A stretch of 64,000 bases of DNA. Origin: Mobula hypostoma. Taxonomy: Eukaryota. A program made the position numbers and the translations under genes. Shown here piece by piece: positions 54,568 through 64,000 of this stretch. The notes beneath the pieces were generated by a model that worked only from the letters and a program-made list of their open reading frames with translations, did not search any database and was not told the origin of the DNA. Position 1 is the first letter of the stretch; each line of letters opens with the position of its first letter. The stretch spans positions 92,072,001 to 92,136,000 of the forward strand of contig NC_086097.1 in the NCBI RefSeq assembly GCF_963921235.1. The letters run 5' to 3'.

Positions 54568-54661
54568 GCAACACACTTTATCAAAGTTGCTGGTGAAGGC
54601 AGCAGGCCAGGCAGCATCTCTAGGAAGAGGTACAGTCGACGTTTCGGGCTGAGACCCTTCG
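54568..54661 (-). mobile_element. 94-bp Penelope terminal-repeat insertion with 13-bp TSD
   Basis: tctcattttttga at 54555-54567 and 54662-54674; sequence matches the terminal repeat at about 28237-28329. Confidence 0.8.
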
Positions 54662-57490
54662 TCTCATTTTTTGATATAGAGGGGAGCACTCAGCCTTCTC
54701 GGCTGGGTCTCAACATCTCCTGTTAGTACCATTTGCCCATTAATTTCCGGTTTTTTCCTGTCTATCCCACTCTGGCTCTCCTTCACTAGAGGGAACATAC
54801 AGTGGCCAGTGGACACTGTCATATCACTGGAATTAAACTCTCACAGTCACAGACATAACACACCAACTCTCTAAAGGCATCAGCTGATTTTACTGTAAAA
54901 TAACACGTGATGAGTGTTAAGCACCATTTTATCACAACAGGAATTGGGATGAAATATTGGGAGCATCTCTCCTTCACGGAGTGCCTGCCCCCTCAAGCCA
55001 TGTACTGGACTCTCCTCATTGGGCACACTTTCAAAACCCCATCCCATGCTGAACCTCATGACTGTGGGTGGGTCGTGGCCCTTATATAAAATGAGATTTC
55101 TGCAGTTTCTCTGTTGCGCTCTATTCAATTAAACATCTTTAAAGTGAGGTGATCACAATCATCCTTATGGTTTCCCGAGTACCCAAATGCCTCATTGCCC
55201 GCACATTTGTGGGCTAACTTTTCCTGTCAGTAATATACTTCAACAATCATGGTTACTTTCCCTGCAGAAACTGACAAGGACAGGAGAAAGGGTTGGTGTG
55301 TTTTGATTGAAAAGGAAAGCTTCACAAGGAGGCAGCCACAGAGTTGTTTCAATCACTGACACACACTGTCCCACCGTGGGGGCCCCAACTTATTTGGTCA
55401 ATTAGCACCAGAGAGATTGGTGTGGCCCCTTGAGCTTCCTCTGTCAAGCGATTCTTCCTTGAACCTGAAGCAATGCATTTAACTATGCCAGACTTTGCAA
55501 TTTTAGCGAGCACCTTTCCTGCCCAGTCGCACCAAAGAAGGTGACTCATAAAATAATAGAAATTTTATGACACAGCTGATGACATCTTGGCCAGTCTTGA
55601 CCATGTTGATGAAAAATGGTGCTTCTTCAAACACTAACAATTTAGCTCTTGAAGTACCCATTCAGGTACACTTTAAATGTGACAAGGGCAGCGCATGAAA
55701 GAGCAGTTTTAGTCCGTGGCTAACCTATATGACAGATACATTTGTATGTCTTTAATAATCAGACCAGAAAAATCAATTGACATAGGCTTGAATGCTTAAC
55801 TCAAAGACTTTGGTATTGTGTTGCCCTTAATGTTAAAATATACTAGCTGCTTTTTCTCTTGAACGGTTCTGATTTTATTCCTCTCACTCTTGGCTCCCCC
55901 TGCAGGTGAAGTAGTTTCTCTCAGTATTCACCGTTGCATTGTCTTTTCAGGATCTTCAGTCACATTCATGTCACCTTCCCTTCTCCCATTCTTCAGGGAA
56001 TACAAGGCTAATGATACTGAGGTCCATGCTAGGACGTGCTGGGAAACAACATCAGTGATGTCACCTGGGGTCATCGGGTGTTTCAGGTCTTTCAACATCA
56101 GACACCCTTGCCCAAGCGACCTAGCCAGGTTGATCAGGTCCCAGCTTGTGTCCCAGCAGCAATGATCTGCCGGTCACACCTCGAGCCATAGACAGCTGGA
56201 GGCTCACTCAGAAGCTTTTGGTTCTTTTCTTTGTAGCCCCTGTAATGCCAAGGAAATGTATCCTGCACACAAATTGAAAGCTGGTGATATTAACGGCAGG
56301 TGTCCCAAAGCTCCAAGGTTAAAATGAAATGGGATTTCTGCAAGCTGGGCAATTGTAATAACTTTCTCGAAGCAGGACCATAAGAGCCAAGATATTTCCT
56401 CTATCTTAGTCCCAGTATTCCAGCCACTCCTGTGATGGCTACTACTTCCCTACTGGTGATGAGTTCCTGCCTGTATGGATTTTATGCTCCCAGGCCAAGC
56501 ATATACACATCACTCATAGGAAAACAGACATTTTGGAAACCCTCTGCAAAGGTTAATGACATAGTTTGGGCAGAGTATTTAGTGCAACTCTGAAAGATCA
56601 ACCCTCTTATTCAGACAAGATTAAACTAAGGTCCTCTCAGCTCTTCCTGGTGAACGATCCCAATACTTGTTTTAAAGTAAGGACACTCTTCTTAATGTCC
56701 AGACCAATAGTTATCACTCATAGAACAGCTACAGTAAATGGAAAGGCAGCATTATATTGTTGAATGGCAAATCTTGTTGTGCTGAAGTTGATAGTCATGA
56801 TTTCTCCGTAAAACCATCACTATACTTTAAAAAATGTACTTTACTCACTTCAAAAAGATGTGAAAAGTCATAAGGTCAACAAGGTGATATGAACCATGAC
56901 ATTCATATATCGCTGTGCTAACATCCTGAACAAAAATGTTGCAATAGATTATGAAAAGATAAACCTTTTTTTAAACCTGCCAGCAGATAACATTTAACCT
57001 CAAGAGGCCTTGTCCTTCCTTCTGTGCTCTATTACTTTTAATTGACAAGTAGTCTTCTAATTTCAAAAGTAGGCAAAGGAAATTCAAACTATTCCGTTCT
57101 AAAAAGGGACAGTAAAGCAGGTAACCGCTGATGCATTCATCTCTCACAAGTTGTGGATAAACTTGGAGTTTAGTTGAAATTAGAGAATATTTAGAAAAGT
57201 ATGGGAAAATTAGAATCGACCTACCTAAATTCACTAAAGACAGATTGTGCTTAGCAAATTCAACAATGCTCCTTTAATAAAAACAAACTGGTGATAAGGT
57301 TAATTACTAATAACAAGGAGACCATTTAGTCCATTGTGTTCATACTGGCTCCCCACAGTTAGCTGCATTCTTTCCATTTCTCAAATTCCTTTTTCTCAGT
57401 GACCAGCTTTATTCTCTCTCTCACCGCTCAGCAACTCCCCCGTGATCTTCTGCTTGCTACTTGCTTACACCAGGGACTAGTTAACCCACC

Positions 57491-57584
57491 AAAACACACA
57501 AAATGCTGGAGGAATTCAGCAGGCCAGGCAGCATCTATGGAAAAAGTACAGTCGACGTTTCAGGCCGAAACCCTTCGGCAGGAC
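57491..57584 (-). mobile_element. Short Penelope terminal-repeat insertion
   Basis: aaatgctggaggaattcagcaggccaggcagcatc...cccttcggcaggac; hammerhead core reads CUGCCGA. Confidence 0.75.
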
Positions 57585-58469
57585 GGGTTTACCCACCTTC
57601 AAGTCTTCGGGTTGTGGGAGAAAATGAATGCATCTGGTGGAGACCCTACGTGATCACAGGGACAACGCGAAAATGCCACAGAGACAGGGTCATGAATCAG
57701 GATCAAACCCAGGTGCAAGTCAGTAGCACTAACCACTGCGCCACTACGCTCTCAGTGAAACATATATCTACAGATATTTGTGGTTTATACAGAACAAACA
57801 GCATGAAAGAGGTCCCCACGGGCTTTACTAAACAATATGCATTTTTACAGGGCATTTAACATAATATAGGGTGTCAACAATATACAGTATTTGATCTGCA
57901 CTTAATAGGATAGTGAGGCCTAAAGGAGCAGCAGGGAGTTGAGGGCATTGGAGGAGAATATTTTGTGGAGCTGAGTTCCAGAGTTTAGAATAAAACTAAT
58001 TAATAAAATTAGAGTTTAATTAAAATGAAATGAATTAGCTGAAGACTACTTTATAATTGTTCTGGATGCCAAAGTTAGTGTGTCTGAGGCTCTGTAAGGC
58101 AGAACTGTAGAAGTGAGATAACGGAAGGACTTACAGAGAAAGTTGAGAATTTTTAACCCTTCATAACATTTATTTTCCCAGTACTTCCCCATTGGCTGGA
58201 ATCTTTCAAGAACCTTTGGTGATAGATTGCTTCCAAGTTTCCTTCTGTAAGATTGTAGCATGGCGCAAGCTCAAAGCAACTGACACCGGAGCTTATTGAG
58301 TTTCCAGTGGGTCGCTTTGAAAGTCTGCCTGATTCGATTCCTGCTGAAGCTACTTCACACTGACTCTGTTGGACTTACCATCTGTGTTGAAACAGCTACT
58401 GAGCAGCAGTGGACCTCTGACATGGTGTTTAAAAAATAAGATGTTGTTTACGATTTGGAGTCAGAGTCA

Positions 58470-58720
58470 GAGAAAAGTACAGCACTGAAACAGGTCCTTC
58501 GGCCCCTCTAGTCCATGCCAAATCCATTTCAATTGCCTACTCCCAACCACCTGCACCAGGACCATAATCCTCCATACCCCTACTATCCATGTACCTATCC
58601 AAGCTTCTCTTAAACATTGAAATTGAGCTTGCATGGACCACTTGTGCTGGCAGCTCATTCCACACTCACACGACTCTCTGAGTGAATAGGTTTCCCTTCG
58701 TGTTCCCCTCAAACTTTGCT
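58470..58720 (-). mobile_element. CR1 3' tail
   Basis: Similar to 3600-3850. Confidence 0.7.
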
Positions 58721-60637
58721 ACAAAATGGTAAGGTGGGTTAATTGTTTCTCTTTTACTTCAATTGAGAACTTCCTCCTAATCATGTTCTTTTACATTGCA
58801 ACTATAACTGCACTCCAGAAGTACTTCACTAGGAGCTTTGAAATGTTCTGAAGCTCTGAAAGACACCATAAAAACATATGACAGTCTTGTTTCTTCCTTT
58901 AGAAGATGAAGTATTTTTCTTGCGCTTAGGTCAGGATATTCCTCATATTCATTGATCAGCAGAACCTTAAAGTTTACAGTTTATAACTTCAAGGGTATAC
59001 CCCTTTTTAGTCAGTGTTAGGCAATTGAAAGGCTATTTTCTGTGAAGTACAATGCAATGCCAACCATTTCTGGGTCAGTCCAGCAGTTTGACCTGGTACA
59101 GTGGCCCAGTAATCTAGCAGGTAGAGCTAATACTCCAGAGATCCGGGTTCAAATCCCACAACTGCAGCAAAAGGAGGAATTGGGAAATAAAACACATACA
59201 TATAGCTTGTTTCAATTATGACGTTACAGGAATCCATCAGCTTCACTAGTTGTGCTTCAGGGAAATAAATTTGCTCTTCTTACCTGATCTGGCCTGAGCA
59301 GGATTCTGACCACCAGTGTGGTTGATTCTTATTTTCCCTTGGAAAATGACTCCGCAATTAAAGGGCATTTAAAGATACTCAATAAGTGTTGGCTTTGCCA
59401 ATGATTCCCAGCTCTGAAAAATGAATAAATTAACAAGAACTGGAAAAGAGTCACTCCAATGATCTAATCTCTGATATGATTTCAGCATGGGGGTGTTAAG
59501 GATGCCATCACTCAGTCCAAACCCCCTGTAGGAGGGTTGCAGGGACAGTTGGATCCTGAGGGAGCCCATCATCGGGTACTTCCATCATGATCAGAGCTTT
59601 CCAGCGCAGTACCCGACCAGAACACCCGCCAGGCAAGTTGGCAACTTGCTGCAGCCCAGTTCCCACTGTCACATTTTCAATGCCAATAATGTGCAACACC
59701 AAGTCTGTTATCCCCAATGTCCAAACACCTTCAGTTTGCTGTGTGGGACAGGATAACATTGGTCCCTGCTTCCATGCTCATGAGTTAGTATGCATTAGAA
59801 TTTTGAAGCAGATATCTCCTATTCCAAAAGCAACTTCTTTGCACAGTGGTGAGATAATTACCTCATCATTGTGGACAAGCTGTCCCATGGTATCGCCTTG
59901 AAACTTATTCTGTAGGAAATCTATAGTCCCCCAGATGTCCATCTCTGGTTCAACTGTGCAAGTTCAAACTCTGGGAGACCTTCCATAATCCTCTTCACCC
60001 GTCCTAACCCTTCCTTAAGAGGCTCGGGTTTATATTTGGACCTAATCTCAACTCTCTCCATCTCCAGCATTTACCAAGTAGGCTTAATGTACAATGAGAC
60101 GTGGTGAAAGACATTGGTAGAGAAATATTTACTGTAATTGCATGAATAGATGTTTAAAGCCACTGCAAGCTCCAGCTACTGCAAAATTAGAAAAAGAGAC
60201 TGTTGTAATGTTGCATAGGGATATAATTATAGTCCCATGTTTATTGCAGTTAAATAGATGGTTTGGTCACTGAGTGGAAAGCTGGGAAATGCAAATTTTT
60301 GTGTGTTTTCCTTTCTAAAAGAACAATATACCCCAATGAATCTACTGCTACAATTATATCTTCTACCTGTGATTCATCGGATCATCTTGCCATAGATTAT
60401 GGTGTAGTTATCTCAGTGACAAAAGTACCATTAATTAATGAAGAGTCTAAATATTCTGTTCACATAACTTTGTGCATCTGGGATTTAAATAGATTAGAGG
60501 CTTAGTCTTGTTATTCCTAAAAGAATGGCAGACTTGTATGGACATTGAGTAAATACCCTTTGTACACGTTATTAATGAAATTTCCCCTTCAATCAAAGGG
60601 AATCAGAGCTGCTGTCTTTATCCAGACACAGCTATGT

Positions 60638-60721
60638 CAGGGGTTCCCACCCTGTGGTCCACTGACACCTCGGTTAATGGTAGGGGTCATAAATGGCATA
60701 AAAAAAGATTGGGAACCCCTG
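60638..60721. mobile_element. 84-bp hAT-type MITE
   Basis: TIR caggggttccca / tgggaacccctg; related to 12999-13078. Confidence 0.7.
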
Positions 60722-60799
60722 GCCTGTGCGAATTTAGGGTTATATATATTGAATTATTACTTCTTAATGTTTGGAATTTTGTTTTAAATGTACTTGGGT

Positions 60800-61660
60800 A
60801 TGAATGTAGGAGGCATACTGCATTTAGTAAGTCTACAGATGACAGCCATTGATACTACTGCAGATGACAAGGAAGGTTGTCTAAAGCTGCAGTAAGACAT
60901 AGATCAGATGGAAAGTTGAACCAAGCTTTAGCACATGGAATTTAATCCCAACAAGTGCAAAGTGATGCACTTTGGAAAGTCAAGAAAGGACAGGGCAAAG
61001 TAAATGGCAGGGTGTTGACGATCAGTTGAACATTGGGGTTTAAGTCAATAGTTCCCTGAAAGTAATGACACAATAGATAGGGTGGAGGAGAGGGCATGTG
61101 GTTCAACTTTACAACACACTGGTTAAATTGCTCTTGGGGGATGGGGGGTGGGATTGTGTGCAGTTCTGGATATGACACAACACAAGTGATGTATTTGAGC
61201 TGGTGAAAACGCAAAGGACATTCACCAGGATGTTATCTGAATTGGAGGACTGTAGTTATGGTGAGAAACTGGATAGGCTGGACCTGCCTTCTGAGGAGCG
61301 AAGAACAGTGAGGAATGACATATCAGAGATATAAAGTTATAAGAGACAGATAAGGCAGATGGGCCGAATTATTTGTCCACAGCAGGGGCATCAAAACAAG
61401 GGAATTGATGCAAGGTGAGAGGAAGGAGTTTTAAAGGGTATTTGAGAGGAAAGGATTTTTTTTTATCTACAGAGAGTGGTTGATATCTAGAACATGCTGC
61501 TGGAGGAGCTGATGGAGTCAGACACAATCACTACATTTAAGAGACATTTAGACAAGCACTTAAATCAGCAACGCATCAGGGGTTTGATGAGGGCAGGTAG
61601 GATTCCAGTAGATCGGCATGGATGTAATAGGCTGAGGGGCCCCAACCTGTGCATGTAACT
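60800..61660 (+). mobile_element. Old CR1 fragment
   Basis: catggaatttaatcccaacaagtgc and ggacattcaccaggatgtt remnants. Confidence 0.65.
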
Positions 61661-63477
61661 CGACCCTATCATGGTTCCACTTAATATTTCCCTCTTTCTT
61701 GCACCTTGCTAAGGGCACTTCTAGCTTTTGAGGAATTTAGATGAATATCAACTTTTGTGCCTATAGGTATATTGGCAAGTAAACTATTTGGTGCAGCTTG
61801 ACCCTACATATATTTTACCTGATATCCATATACAATGTCAGGACTTAGGAGTTGTTGGCAAGACAGGCATTTATTGCACAGCCCCAAATGTCAATACAAA
61901 AACAATGGTGACTTAGTTTGTTCCTAAACTGCTGAAGTTTGCATATTGCAAATAGGCTACAATTCCGTTAGGTAAGACCTTTCAGGGCTTTGAATTGGAG
62001 TCAATGGAAAAACAGTGATAAGTGTTCAGATAATCTAGTATGACACTTGGAATGTGGCTGGCCTTCCTAAAGACCTGCTGTCTTTCTCCTATTAAATTAC
62101 TGAGGTTACATTTGGGAGGTGCAACCAACAATGCCTCAGAGTAGCTATTGGTTGACATAAGCAGCCATGAAGCAGTGGAGGAAGGGGGACATTTAGATTG
62201 GTGAACGAGGTAGCAATTAAGTAGATATTGCCCTTGGTGCTGAGCTAAAGTATGGTGGAGCTGCACTCAACCAAGTAAATGGTATTACCAAAATGATAGA
62301 GGGAGAGGTAAAAGAGCTTCGCAAACATACAGCCAACTCGAACAATCTTAGGTCAACCCAAATGGTTTATGGCTGATTAGGATGTTAAATATAATTTGGA
62401 AGTCTAATATAAGAAATATGTCAGCAAATTTGAACAAAGTAAGATACCATTATTAGCAATGAAATAAGTGCCTGTATATTGCTCGATGCAGTTAAAGAAT
62501 AATATCAGGACTGGACAATGAAAGAATTTCTCTACCCTTTAAAAAACATCATGTGATCTATGACGTTCACTAAAAAGGCAGACTTCAAGTTAATAATAAT
62601 TTTAAAACCGAGCAGCACTCCCTCATCACAGCACAAAATTGTTAATGTCAGTCGCAGGACTTGAACCCTCAATACCCTAACTGAGGTGGTAAAAATGTTA
62701 CCCTCAGAGGTGGCAGTACTGTAATAGAGCAGCATCTGTAGGAGGAGGGAAGAGGGAGGCTGTTACATTTGTATTTTCCTCTGCTCCATAGCTGGCAAAA
62801 TCAATTGTTAAATTGACTCTTCAAAGACCAGCAATTCAAACTGGTGTTGGCTTCAAACTTTTCTAACTGATCCAGTGTGGGGAACTCAAATGACGGAAAA
62901 CTTATTAGGGTGTTCAGGAAGAGCACTTGTCTCACGTACCCCAAACACTGACAGCCAAGAGGTGCTTGCGTTCGTAAAATATCCAGGAGAGTGAGGTCAG
63001 CCAATACCAATGAAACCAGACAAAAGCAGCAATTGCAATGAGAGAGAAAATTACAATCATTTCTTTGAAATCTTCTTACCTGATCTCCATGGAGACTGTC
63101 TTTCTAGGATGGATCTCCCTACCAGATCTTCATACCAGATCTCCTTAACATGATGTGGGAATAGTTTGTTCTCTTAAAAACAAATCTCAGTGTTGGAGAC
63201 CTACTTCTAACTTCAAAGGGTGTGGAGTTCATTGACTGCTCATTTCACAAACTGCTGAATATATTCTATTTGTTGATATAACAGAATTACAATTCTCAAG
63301 ATCACTTCTCGATTAAAAGTTATAAGTGTTTTTATTTGATTTCTGTTTGATATATGGAAAGTGTTTGCTTCCTAACAGCCTTTCAATCCAGTAATTTTTC
63401 TTGGAGCCATAATCTTTCGTCACGGAATCTTTTAAAGATCAAAACCAAATTAGATAAAATATCAGGAAAAAAAATCT

Positions 63478-63740
63478 AGTGGCACAGTGATATAGCAAGA
63501 ACAGATTCTGCCTCAAAGTTCCAGCAGCCTGGGCTTGATTCCAAACTCTGGTGTTGTCTGTGTGGAGGTGGCACTCTCTTTCTGTGATCTCATGGGTTTC
63601 TCCAAGGACCTCTGGTTTCCTCCCATGTTCCAGATTAATTAGTTACTCTACTTTGCCTGTCGTGTGTGGGTGGAAGAAGAATCAGGGAGGAATTTATGGG
63701 CATATGTGTGTGAAAATACTTTACAAGGAAATTTGTGGGG
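63478..63740 (+). mobile_element. V-SINE-like element, degraded
   Basis: gtggcacagtg head; tctggtttcctccca core. Confidence 0.55.
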
Positions 63741-63855
63741 AAATGGGCAATACTCATAAAATGCTGGAGTCCTGTTGAAGGGCCTTGGCCCAAAATGTCA
63801 ACTATTTATTCTCCTCCATAGATACTGCCTGATGTACTGAGCTCCTCCAACACTT

Positions 63856-64000
63856 AAACAACAGGAATTCTGCAGATGCTGGAAATTCAAGCAACATACA
63901 TCAAAGTTGCTGGTGAACGCAGCAGGCCAAGCAGCATCTATAGGAAGAGGCGCAGTCGACGTTTCAGGCCGAGACCCTTCGTCAGGACTAACTGAAGGAA
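63856..64000 (-). mobile_element. Penelope terminal repeat, running off the window edge
   Basis: Near-identical to about 28202-28346. Confidence 0.85.
63953..63990 (-). ncRNA. Minimal hammerhead ribozyme motif, intact core
   Basis: UAGUC-CUGACGA-AGGGUCUCGGCCU-GAAACGUC-GACUG. Confidence 0.68.

Noticed and set aside
57549..57584. Functional hammerhead
   Set aside because: Core reads CUGCCGA, losing the conserved A of CUGANGA, so it is likely inactive
58379..58423. Minus-strand caccATG...ATG|gtaagt mini-ORF as an alternative first exon
   Set aside because: Phase 0 donor is out of frame with the phase 1 acceptor at 52675; no other support

Overview
Eukaryotic (vertebrate) genomic DNA. The repeat landscape (CR1, Penelope, Rex1/Babar, V-SINE-like) suggests a cartilaginous fish, probably a ray; this taxonomy is inferred. 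The window holds the 3' part of an ALK/LTK-family receptor tyrosine kinase gene on the minus strand, which I call LTK from diagnostic residues. Ten GT-AG exons between 52675 and 13850 splice into one open frame: juxtamembrane segment, complete kinase domain and a long ALK-like tail. The transmembrane and ectodomain exons were not found and probably lie beyond the right edge. Introns and the downstream region are dense with transposons: a full-length but disabled L1 in a three-layer nest, many CR1 fragments, Rex1/Babar, hAT-Charlie deletion derivatives with TIRs and TSDs, Tc1 and SINEs. The most notable non-coding signal is a family of Penelope terminal repeats carrying minimal hammerhead-ribozyme motifs. 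It includes a palindromic TSD-flanked mini-element and very short insertions whose breakpoints cluster at the ribozyme. Everything was read by eye; no searches or folding were run, and repeat boundaries without a stated TSD are approximate.
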